A stretch of DNA of 64,000 bases, taken from Promethearchaeota archaeon. GTDB taxonomy: Archaea; Asgardarchaeota; Lokiarchaeia; Sigyniarchaeales; SOKP01. The translations under genes were made by a program, and so were the position numbers. The stretch covers positions 64,001 through 128,000 of the forward strand of contig JAHPZE010000005.1 in the NCBI GenBank assembly GCA_019058365.1. Direction: 5' to 3'. Numbering within the stretch: the stretch's first letter is position 1; each line of letters starts with the position of its first letter. Under the pieces are notes generated by a model. It saw only the letters and a program-made list of their open reading frames with translations. It was not told the origin of the DNA and did not search any database. Shown one piece after another: positions 1 through 8,711 of the stretch.

Positions 1-1175
1 TTAAGGTTAATTTCTTCAGTTTTAATCTTTTTTTCAAGAAATTGAGAAGTATGGAGAATTTCACAAGGCATATTAATATCAAGGATTTCAGGATAAAGCC
101 TTTTGAAGGTATAGTAACAACCAGAACAAGGAGTTACTAAAGTTTGAGCCTTAGTTTTTTCAATCCTTTCAACAGTATCGTTCGCAACTTTTTTAGCTTC
201 TTCCCATAATCCAGATGAAATTAATACATAACCACAGCATCCTTCTTTATTCCCTAACGTTGTAAATTCAGTATTGCTTCGGTTTAAAATATTAATAAAT
301 GCTTCAGCTGTTTTTGGAGTTCTAGTTGCTACAGTACACCCTAACCAGCATAGAGTATTTGCTTTTTCTGGTAAATTCAAATTAGAAATGTTTTTTACTC
401 GTAAAAGACGCCGATTAGTAGGTATTGCAGAAGGGTCTCCATGTTCAAAAATGTTATCAGCTGCAGTGTGAAATACCTGTGGTGCCAAATTTTTTTCAGC
501 GATAAGATGTCTCAAATAAAGTATTGCTTCATGAAACTCTAAATCTTGAAAACATTGAGCATAACAAAGTCCACATTTTGTACAACTATATAATATATCC
601 ACAATCTTGTCTGAAAATATTAAATCACCTTTCATTATACCTCTAGTAATAAGCATTCTTCCTTTCGATGACCATGATTCGACTCCATTAAAGGAAGAGC
701 TTACTGTGCAATAACCACTACATGTAGTGCACTGCTGGCACTTAGTTAGTGTTTTTCCTAAAAATAAGTTCTGTAATGCTAAAGCAAGATTTCTATAAGT
801 CCCGTATCCTTTTATATCTAATTTATCAAATTTTGCTCTACTTCCATCCTTTTTTCCAGTCCCATCGATACAATTTTTAAGCGTAGGAATTTCTACATTA
901 TCTAATAAAACTATAGTTTTAGATGATTTGTTCCTATTGTGCGAAAAAATTTTACCCCTTTCAATTAAAATAGCGTCTTTATTTTCAAAAAATCTTTTTA
1001 CTTCGTTTTCTTCCTTCAAAGAAGAAACTCTAACAATAATATCAGGTTGTATATCAATTCTATCAAGAAAAATCTTTTCAAAAGAATAGACATAACGGTC
1101 TTCTAAATCTGTTAGAACTTGACCTTTTTTTATAACCCGTTTCAATTGTTCAGTAATTCTATCTTTAGAATTCAT
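1..1175 (-). CDS. (Fe-S)-binding CCG-domain oxidoreductase (GlpC/HdrD-like) with degenerate N-terminal FAD-oxidase-like segment; runs off the left edge
   Basis: Not in the ORF track; translated by hand from ATG at 1175: MNSKDRITEQLKRVIKKGQVLTDLEDRYVYSFE...QPDIIVRVSS...CQQCTTCSGYC...CTKCGLCYAQC...WLGC...GCCG...TPCSGC. Open to position 1. Confidence 0.8.
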   Translation of the reverse strand, partial: MNSKDRITEQLKRVIKKGQVLTDLEDRYVYSFEKIFLDRIDIQPDIIVRVSSLKEENEVKRFFENKDAILIERGKIFSHNRNKSSKTIVLLDNVEIPTLKNCIDGTGKKDGSRAKFDKLDIKGYGTYRNLALALQNLFLGKTLTKCQQCTTCSGYCTVSSSFNGVESWSSKGRMLITRGIMKGDLIFSDKIVDILYSCTKCGLCYAQCFQDLEFHEAILYLRHLIAEKNLAPQVFHTAADNIFEHGDPSAIPTNRRLLRVKNISNLNLPEKANTLCWLGCTVATRTPKTAEAFINILNRSNTEFTTLGNKEGCCGYVLISSGLWEEAKKVANDTVERIEKTKAQTLVTPCSGCYYTFKRLYPEILDINMPCEILHTSQFLEKKIKTEEINL

Positions 1176-1323
1176 TCACGTCAGATGATTATAATAGGTG
1201 ATTAATATAATAACTAATATATCCATTGATTTTAGAATAGAATAAAATGTTTTTAACCTTGCTATTAACCTTTATAATTCTATTGGATAAAATTTTTAAT
1301 AAAATCATAATATTAGAGATTTA

Positions 1324-1605
1324 ATGGCAAATGTCATACTGAAATTGATGACAATATTTTCAACCGAGGTTGGATTAACAGAGATCAATTATTCAAATGT
1401 GGAAATATTAGGGGATGTGATAGATCAATTCATGAGTGAGCATGGAAAGAAAATAAGAAAAAATTTTTTATCTCCACAGGGAAAGTTAGAGTCGCATATT
1501 GTTATATTAGTGAATGGAAGAAATTATATGTTTTTAGAAGAATTGAACACAAAATTGAAGGATGGAGATGAAATTGCTATTTCACCTCCTCTTGTTGGAG
1601 GATAA
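1324..1605 (+). CDS. MoaD/ThiS/SAMP-family ubiquitin-like sulfur carrier
   Basis: 93 aa; ILVNGR...LKDGDEIAISPPLVGG with C-terminal di-glycine. Confidence 0.9.
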   Translation: MANVILKLMTIFSTEVGLTEINYSNVEILGDVIDQFMSEHGKKIRKNFLSPQGKLESHIVILVNGRNYMFLEELNTKLKDGDEIAISPPLVGG

Positions 1606-1619
1606 TTCTATTTTTAAAT

Positions 1620-1994
1620 ATAACGGAGATAAAAAAAATAGATCCGAAATCAACTCTAAAAATTTATAATTATTTTGATGGAAATGGTAATAAATATATT
1701 ATAAATATTAAATTCATTGAATACATACCAGTAAAGCCATCTTTTAGCTCAAGTGGAGTTTATAGTGGAGGAGATTATACAAAAAAAAACATCAGTGAAA
1801 TACAATTCAATAAATTAACTACAAGTTTGAATGTAGCTATAAAAAATAAGAAGAGTCATACTAACAATAGAGTTAAAAAGTCTGGTTTGATAGTAATTCA
1901 AGAAAAAGATAAAGATAAAGCATATATTTTAAGCCCAGGCTCAGAAGAAATATCAAAAATAGAAAATTTACTAAAGAATATAATTTCCAACTGA
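1620..1994 (+). CDS. Hypothetical protein (~124 aa) with no canonical start near its 5' end; probable ATA start
   Basis: Open frame fills the intergenic gap: ITEIKKIDPKSTLKIYNYFDGNGNKYIINIKFIEYIPVKPSFSSSGVYSGGDY...IENLLKNIISN*. The upstream in-frame stop is at 1569-1571. Start position is approximate. Confidence 0.65.
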   Translation: MTEIKKIDPKSTLKIYNYFDGNGNKYIINIKFIEYIPVKPSFSSSGVYSGGDYTKKNISEIQFNKLTTSLNVAIKNKKSHTNNRVKKSGLIVIQEKDKDKAYILSPGSEEISKIENLLKNIISN

Positions 1995-2001
1995 ATTTTA
2001 T

Positions 2002-2472
2002 CTATAAAATAAGCAAATTTATCCAATCTGCAACGACAGCGGGCTTATCTTGACCTTTAATTTCAATTATATGATGTGAAGTAAATTTCATTCCTCTTTT
2101 GACTAATTCGACTTTTGAAATGTGAGTAACATCTCGAATATAAGAACCAACTGGAACAGCAGATATAAATCTTATTTTATCGAATCCATAATTAACTATT
2201 GATTTGGCATCTGATACATAAAATTGCATTGAATCTTTCTCTCCATCTTGTAATGTAAAGAAACCAAGCATAGATAAGACAAAAAAACCGTGAGCGACTG
2301 TTTCCCCGTAAAGTGATTTTTTTGCTCTTTCTGGATTGATATGAATATACTGGTGATCTTGTGTAAGATCTGCAAATTTATCTATAGCTTCTTGGGTAAC
2401 TTGATACCATTTTGTACTAAATTCTTTCCCAATATAATTCTTTATTTCAATAGCTTTTATCTTATTAACCAT
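2002..2472 (-). CDS. MaoC/NodN-like hot-dog enoyl-CoA hydratase
   Basis: FADLTQDHQYIH...AHGF...VNYGFDKIRF motifs. Confidence 0.9.
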   Translation of the reverse strand: MVNKIKAIEIKNYIGKEFSTKWYQVTQEAIDKFADLTQDHQYIHINPERAKKSLYGETVAHGFFVLSMLGFFTLQDGEKDSMQFYVSDAKSIVNYGFDKIRFISAVPVGSYIRDVTHISKVELVKRGMKFTSHHIIEIKGQDKPAVVADWINLLIL

Positions 2473-2555
2473 TTTTTATCTCGCTCTTTCTTTCAAATTC
2501 TTTTATTTACAATTACTTAAAAATGTTATATTTTTTTCCTTGAACAGAATTTCTT

Positions 2556-3782
2556 TTAACTCTCTTCTAGTTGTTCAATAAAGGCTTCTATACTTGTTCT
2601 TGATTGCTCATCTGAAAGACATCTCAAGTCGTTTAAGTCTCCATTTATTACTAAATTCGGTACTCCAATTTCATTTTCAAGCCTTTGAGGCATTCCATAC
2701 CGAGAGTTAGTGTTATGTGGACAGGTTTTTGCATCATGAAAGATGATACCATCTATCTTAAAGAATTCTATCATTTCATGAAGATATTTTTCTTTAATTT
2801 CATCTGAGCGAACGATAAATAGCTCTGTATATGCTTTTGCCATACTTCTAAAAGGATTTTTTTCATCAAAAGCTTTAAAAATCCAACTATTACAATATGT
2901 TGAAGCAACAACACATGTTTTAAGACTAGCAAACAATTCAGAATAGTGCCTCAGTCTTCCCCAAATAGGCATCCCTTCCCAATATAATCTAAAACGCTCA
3001 CCATCTACAGCTCCTATGTGATTTTTCACTCTCTCCTGTAATTCTAATAATAGAATCTTATAATAATCTACAGCTTGTTGGGTTCCTCTCATAACTACAG
3101 CAGGTCCCATATGAATAGTTCCATCAAAAAATGTAAAAGGTGATGGTATAGTGGCTGCTGTTTCTAACACTTTTTTCCAAAGTTCAGAACACTCACGTGA
3201 TAATGCTACAACATGTTTAAGTATATCAATATCAAATTTATTGGAGGATATTTTTTCTAATGGTTTAACAAGATTCTCCATTTGCTGTGCTATAAATGTA
3301 ATATGTTCGTTTGTAACTTCATCCACAGTCCTAGGTGTAGAAATACCCACTAATGGTACTTTAAATTCATTTGCAAACCAACCAAACCAATCTTGAACTT
3401 CTCTACATTGATTTGTGTTGAAGACTAACACATCGGGCTTTGGAATACTCTTAATATCAGGATAAGCTTTTGATAATGGAGTTATATGTTTTAAATATGC
3501 GCCTATGTCAGCAGTAAGGTAAGAACAAATTTCAGGTGAATAGCCTATTGCATTGGCGTAAGGGATTAAGTCTGTGGCCATTCTAGAAGATCCTAACATA
3601 GCACTATGGTTTTCTGGAAAGTAAATTTCAAATTCTAAACTTCTTAGTATTTCAGCAGGACCAACACTAGAACACCAAGCAACTTTTTTATCTTTGCTTT
3701 TGGAAGCATGATCTAATTCATGATAATAATCAGACATGATTTGGTTTAACATTTTGGTTGCCTTAATTTTTTTTCTAAGCAT
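2556..3782 (-). CDS. 2-hydroxyacyl-CoA dehydratase / benzoyl-CoA reductase-like subunit (HGD-D family)
   Basis: FPENH, three cluster cysteines (EICSY, NQCREV, KTCPHN) and C-terminal IEAFIEQL. Start placed at ATG 3782 behind a GGAGGT RBS. Confidence 0.88.
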   Translation of the reverse strand: MLRKKIKATKMLNQIMSDYYHELDHASKSKDKKVAWCSSVGPAEILRSLEFEIYFPENHSAMLGSSRMATDLIPYANAIGYSPEICSYLTADIGAYLKHITPLSKAYPDIKSIPKPDVLVFNTNQCREVQDWFGWFANEFKVPLVGISTPRTVDEVTNEHITFIAQQMENLVKPLEKISSNKFDIDILKHVVALSRECSELWKKVLETAATIPSPFTFFDGTIHMGPAVVMRGTQQAVDYYKILLLELQERVKNHIGAVDGERFRLYWEGMPIWGRLRHYSELFASLKTCVVASTYCNSWIFKAFDEKNPFRSMAKAYTELFIVRSDEIKEKYLHEMIEFFKIDGIIFHDAKTCPHNTNSRYGMPQRLENEIGVPNLVINGDLNDLRCLSDEQSRTSIEAFIEQLEES

Positions 3783-3842
3783 TAAGCATACCTCCATATT
3801 AAATATGTTCTGATTTAAAAAAACAATTAATGAGATTTTAAT

Positions 3843-5051
3843 TCAATCTACTGATACTTCTAATATTAGAGCTGCACCGGTATCACCAGCAGCGCAGCCG
3901 TCAGCTAGACCATATCCTCCGCCTTTCTCCACAAGTTCTTCGATCAATTCAATTATGATTCTCATCATTGTAGGTGCTTGGGGATGACCATATATAAGTG
4001 AACTTCCGTAATTATTCATATCCTTCCAATCAATATCCATCTCCTTACAGAAATATACATCGTTAACTGCGAAAGGATTATGTGTTTTAATTACGGATAC
4101 ATCTTTTATAGAAATATCTGCATTTTCTAAAGCTTTCTTTGCTGCGGGAACTATAGCCATTGCCATGTATCCTGTTTTTGTTTTATAGTCTCCATAAGAT
4201 ACAACTCTAATCTCAACGTCCTCTCTTTTCCTTAATTGATTGGCTTTCTCTTTCGTTGCAACAATAACACCACAATTAGCATCTCCTGGATGTGTTTGAG
4301 TTCCATAAGTAACTGTACCTTCTGGAAGTACAGGTCTAAGCTTCGATAAACCTTCCATTGTTGTTGGATAAATCCCTTCATCTCCCTCTACAGTTGCAAG
4401 TACCTTTCGACCTGAGCGATCTTTAATTTCGATTGGTGTTATCATATATTTCTTTTGGAATGCTCTGCCATTTTTTAAAGAATCTTGATATTGATTATAA
4501 CGTAATATAGTGACTTCATCTTGTTCCTTCTTTGTTATCTTTGCTTCTTTAGCTACATTCTCAGCTGTTTGTATCATTGGGTTCTTGGCAAAAGGGTCTC
4601 TTCCAAAATTATCCCATACCCAATTTTCTGCATCTAAAGTGCTCCCTGGTGCTTCAGGATTCGGATAAACAAGATGAGGTCCATTTGAACATCTATCTGC
4701 AGTTATTACAAGAACATTTTTATTTATTCCCGTTTCAATATTTTGTGCTGCAATTGAAATTGTATTGGTTCCGGTAGCACATGCTTGACTAATCATCGGA
4801 CCTGTGACATGCTCAGCTCCAATCATACTTGCTAACCAAGGACCTCCATAGAAACAATAGAGCTGGGGGATTGTTATACCAAATATGAGTTCATCAAAGT
4901 CATTAGGAGAAATTCCCCTTTCATTTAAAAATCGTTTAGTTATTTCTGCTGCAAACTTTATTGCATGGAGATTTTGAAAACTCATCTGCCATCTTGAAAA
5001 AGGAGTACTCCAATACTGTCCATATGGTATGTAAGCTTTTTTAAAGACCAT
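3843..5051 (-). CDS. Thiolase family protein (divergent KTHNPF subtype)
   Basis: QACATG (catalytic Cys), KTHNPF, YGHPQAP, GCAAGD. Confidence 0.88.
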   Translation of the reverse strand: MVFKKAYIPYGQYWSTPFSRWQMSFQNLHAIKFAAEITKRFLNERGISPNDFDELIFGITIPQLYCFYGGPWLASMIGAEHVTGPMISQACATGTNTISIAAQNIETGINKNVLVITADRCSNGPHLVYPNPEAPGSTLDAENWVWDNFGRDPFAKNPMIQTAENVAKEAKITKKEQDEVTILRYNQYQDSLKNGRAFQKKYMITPIEIKDRSGRKVLATVEGDEGIYPTTMEGLSKLRPVLPEGTVTYGTQTHPGDANCGVIVATKEKANQLRKREDVEIRVVSYGDYKTKTGYMAMAIVPAAKKALENADISIKDVSVIKTHNPFAVNDVYFCKEMDIDWKDMNNYGSSLIYGHPQAPTMMRIIIELIEELVEKGGGYGLADGCAAGDTGAALILEVSVD

Positions 5052-5097
5052 TTTTTAATAACCTAATTTATTATTTAATTGTTATTTTGATAATTTC

Positions 5098-6678
5098 TTA
5101 TTTATTATTAATTTGCTTATTAAATCGTTCTCTTAATCTTCGATGAATTACTTTTCCTGAACCTGTCCTAGGCATTTCTTCAGAATTTATACACAAAAAT
5201 CGTTTTGGAACCTTAAATTTGGCTAATTTATCTTCACAATATTGGTGCATTTCTTCATTAAAAGCATCTGGAGATGCAACCTCTTTATTTACTATACAGA
5301 CAGCAGTTACACTTTCGCCCCATTTATAATCTTCTAATCCTACTACAGCACATTCTACAACTGAAGGATGTGATATAATGACTTTTTCCACTTCTGAAGG
5401 ATAGACATGCTCTCCACCAGTTATAATCATATTGGCTTTTCTATCTACAAGATAATAAAAACCATCTTCATCTTTTTTTCCCATATCACCAGCACTAAAA
5501 AATTCTCCCTTAAAGGCTTGTTTAGTTTTTTCTGGTAATTTATAGTATTCATCAAACATTTCTGGTCCCCGAGAATATAATTCACCTATTTCTCCTATAG
5601 GTACCTCATTTCCTTCTTCATCTAATAATTTGATTATATCTGTTCCAATACATTCTTTCCCAATAGAACCTAATTTTTTCATTTGATCTTCAGGCCTAAG
5701 AAGTGTTACAAGACCAGCCTCTGTTGATCCATACGCCTCAAAAAGTTTTGTCTTATTAAAAAGATTCATTACATCTAATTTCATTTGTTTTGTAGCAGGA
5801 GCGGATGATGTTAATAATGAGGTTATACAGCTAAGATCATATTTTTGCTTTATTTCCTCTGGTAAGCTTAAAATTAGATTGTAATGAGTAGGAATCATTG
5901 AAGTAAATGTGATTTTTTCTTGATGAATTATCTCTAAAACTTCCTCTGGATCAAATTTATATTCAATATGAATATAAACTGGAGCTCCTATGTAAGTAAA
6001 GACAAATGAATAAAAGGTGGAATTTACATGGGATAATGGCATTAAGATCATTCCATAATCTAGTGGAGTAAATGAAAATTCTGCTTCATTAATGAGGAAA
6101 AAGGCTATGTAAGAACGATGTGAACGAATAACTCCCTTTGGTTTCCCAGTAGTCCCTGATGTATATAGAATAACCCACGTATCTTCTGGATTTACTTTTA
6201 CAGAGGGATAAGTATTTTCTCCTAGTTCTACAATATCTTCAAAATATTTCCAACCTTTTGCTGGTTTATCAGCTATCAAAATGCGTTCAACATTCTCAAA
6301 TCCCAACTCTTTAGCTCGTTCCCAAATTTTTTCTGTAGCTTCCTTAAATCTAGATTCTACAAATAACCATTTTGCATCAGAATTATTTATTATATATGAA
6401 ATATCATCAGGATGCAACCTGAAGTTTAGGGGGGTTACAATTAAACCTCCCTTAGCAGCAGCTACATACACTTCCATAAATTCAATCGAATTATTTGATA
6501 ATATTGCGATTGTGTCACCTTTATTTAAACCACTTTTAAGGAATCCGTTTGCAAGTTTATTAGTTCTTTCATTTAACTCTTTAAATGTTAATTGACGCCT
6601 TCTATCCTTTAATGCAAGTTTGTTTGGATATTTTGCTGCATTAACGCTAATAATTTCTCCAATATTAAGCCATGTCAT
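5098..6678 (-). CDS. Acyl-CoA synthetase (AMP-forming)
   Basis: YTSGTTGKPKG, YGSTE, SAGD, DRKANMIITGGEHVYP, PRTGSGK. Confidence 0.92.
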   Translation of the reverse strand: MTWLNIGEIISVNAAKYPNKLALKDRRRQLTFKELNERTNKLANGFLKSGLNKGDTIAILSNNSIEFMEVYVAAAKGGLIVTPLNFRLHPDDISYIINNSDAKWLFVESRFKEATEKIWERAKELGFENVERILIADKPAKGWKYFEDIVELGENTYPSVKVNPEDTWVILYTSGTTGKPKGVIRSHRSYIAFFLINEAEFSFTPLDYGMILMPLSHVNSTFYSFVFTYIGAPVYIHIEYKFDPEEVLEIIHQEKITFTSMIPTHYNLILSLPEEIKQKYDLSCITSLLTSSAPATKQMKLDVMNLFNKTKLFEAYGSTEAGLVTLLRPEDQMKKLGSIGKECIGTDIIKLLDEEGNEVPIGEIGELYSRGPEMFDEYYKLPEKTKQAFKGEFFSAGDMGKKDEDGFYYLVDRKANMIITGGEHVYPSEVEKVIISHPSVVECAVVGLEDYKWGESVTAVCIVNKEVASPDAFNEEMHQYCEDKLAKFKVPKRFLCINSEEMPRTGSGKVIHRRLRERFNKQINNK

Positions 6679-6801
6679 GAAATTATCCTCTTTTCATCAT
6701 TCTATTCTTTTAATAAACGTTGCTGTTATATTGATTCAGAACGATTTCTATAAATATTTTAATCTTATTTTAAACATCTAAATTATATAAAAAATTTTAC
6801 C

Positions 6802-6823
6802 TTTTCCCATAATTATGGGAAAA
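6802..6823. promoter_or_regulatory. Perfect 22-bp palindrome TTTTCCCATAATTATGGGAAAA, candidate operator
   Basis: Self-reverse-complementary; ~125 bp upstream of the CoA-ligase operon start. Confidence 0.5.
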
Positions 6824-6904
6824 TATTAGAGTATATTCTGAAATATTGTGAACGTTAAATTTTATGTTCAGAAATAAATAATGGGATTTTATTTCATATC
6901 TTCC

Positions 6905-7243
6905 CTAAGAAATTCGCTCTTCTTTAGAAATACCTAGTTTATTGGCCAATTCATCCATCTTCGAATACATTATAGATCCAACTGCGGCAGTTGCAGGTCC
7001 AATAGAATCTACTCCTAATTTTTGATGAATTTCCCAATAATATTTCTCGTAGATTGTGTGATTTCCATCTGGATTTTTCTTATATTCTTCGATCGCCTTG
7101 TTTATAATATCAACTGCAATTATCCCTAGTTCAGTTAAACGTTGACTTATATGTTCAGCCGTGATATCTCTTCCAGTAATGGGATCAATACATTTTTGAA
7201 TCATTTCATCATCCCTTGGAATTTGAGGTTTTTCCTCTTTCAT
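6905..7243 (-). CDS. Hypothetical protein
   Basis: 112-aa ATG-start ORF filling the gap; no recognised motif. Confidence 0.7.
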   Translation of the reverse strand: MKEEKPQIPRDDEMIQKCIDPITGRDITAEHISQRLTELGIIAVDIINKAIEEYKKNPDGNHTIYEKYYWEIHQKLGVDSIGPATAAVGSIMYSKMDELANKLGISKEERIS

Positions 7244-7326
7244 TAAAAGTCAACACTTCCAATTTTTTAGTATTTAGTATATTTATAGAATTATAGTTAT
7301 ATATATACATGTCATGAAAATTCCTA

Positions 7327-8463
7327 TTATCGCTTCAGATAAATTGAAATTATGTCACCATCCTCTACTACGTGATCTAGGTTATCAAATTTTTGACCGG
7401 GGTGCTTAGCAGATTTACCCCAAATTAACGAGTAGCGATAATCGCTTACAAATCGTTTGTGAATTTTACGACAGAGTGTTTCAATAGTATCACCATGATG
7501 AAGAATAATAGGTTCATCCAAATCCGCTTCTTTTCTTGGAGGTTTTAAATATACTCTAATTAAATTCAATTCCTCGAAAATTTTATGACGGAGCGTCTTA
7601 ATTTTTTTATGATTTTTAACTGAGATCATAACCCAGTGATCATGACCTATTGCCTCTGTAATGACTTTCTCCGGTATTTCTTCCTTCATTAAATCTGATT
7701 TATTAATTACTACAAACTCTTTTGTGTAGATGCGGTTTCCAAATATGAAATCTATTAAGTCATCGGGTGTGATATCTGGTTCAGCAAAATAAACTCCCGC
7801 GTTCCTGACTTTAAGTTCATTCATTAGAGATTTAACTTCATCAGCATCCATTAGTTGGTCACCTTTATAAGTAAAATGGATTCCTCCACGTGTACGTTCT
7901 TTAATTACAATCTTAGGTAGTCTTGTATTTAACCGAATTCCTGCGTTATTTAACTCCATTCTAATAGTTTTCAAATCAGAAAGATTAATCGTTCCATCAG
8001 AAAGAAAACATATTATAACTAACACTAATTCTGCCGAGCGTACTACTGCTAATACTTCCTTTCCTCGCCCTTTACCAGCAGCAGCACCCAAAATTATTCC
8101 AGGTAAATCGATAAGCTGAACTTTTGCTTCTTCGATATTCATCATACCTGGTATAGCTGAAACAGTAGTAAAATCATATGATGCAACTTTAGAATGAGTA
8201 TTACCTTCAGTTAGCAAATTTAATAAAGAAGATTTCCCAACTGAGGGAAATCCAATGAAAGCAATTTGGGCATCTCCAGTTCTTTTAATACCAAAACCAC
8301 CACCACCGCCTTTCTTAGAACTTGCGATTCGAATCAAGTCTTCGCGGAGTTTAGCTAATTGTGCTTTAATAAAATTTATGCTTTTTTGTGTAGCTTTGTT
8401 TACCTTAGTGGACGCTAATCGTTCTTCTAATTCTTTTATTCGATCTTCGACTTTTTCGGACAT
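7327..8463 (-). CDS. DRG/OBG-family GTPase with TGS domain
   Basis: GFPSVGKSS, YDFTT, DLPG, NKSD; C-terminal WGKSAKHPGQ...DGDII (TGS). Confidence 0.93.
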   Translation of the reverse strand: MSEKVEDRIKELEERLASTKVNKATQKSINFIKAQLAKLREDLIRIASSKKGGGGGFGIKRTGDAQIAFIGFPSVGKSSLLNLLTEGNTHSKVASYDFTTVSAIPGMMNIEEAKVQLIDLPGIILGAAAGKGRGKEVLAVVRSAELVLVIICFLSDGTINLSDLKTIRMELNNAGIRLNTRLPKIVIKERTRGGIHFTYKGDQLMDADEVKSLMNELKVRNAGVYFAEPDITPDDLIDFIFGNRIYTKEFVVINKSDLMKEEIPEKVITEAIGHDHWVMISVKNHKKIKTLRHKIFEELNLIRVYLKPPRKEADLDEPIILHHGDTIETLCRKIHKRFVSDYRYSLIWGKSAKHPGQKFDNLDHVVEDGDIISIYLKR

Positions 8464-8711
8464 TTAATACCAATTAAAAAAAATAAAGCAAATACAAAAA
8501 ATCTTTCGAAAACACACTAAGAAGTCCTATTTTAATTTATCTATTTTCACTTGTTCTTTTGACTCTTTTTGTTCCTTTTCTAATGGCTTGATCGGCTTGG
8601 ATTGACAAAATGGTTGTTTCTTCGCAGACTATACTGATGATTTAGATTATAATAAAATTAATTTGAAATGAATGCCTAATTAGGCTTACTATATAAAAAA
8701 ATGATATTGAA

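Noticed and set aside
8580-8660. Possible C/D-box sRNA (CTGATGA at 8634-8640) in the DRG/nitroreductase intergenic region
   Set aside because: No properly spaced downstream D box or terminal stem was found.
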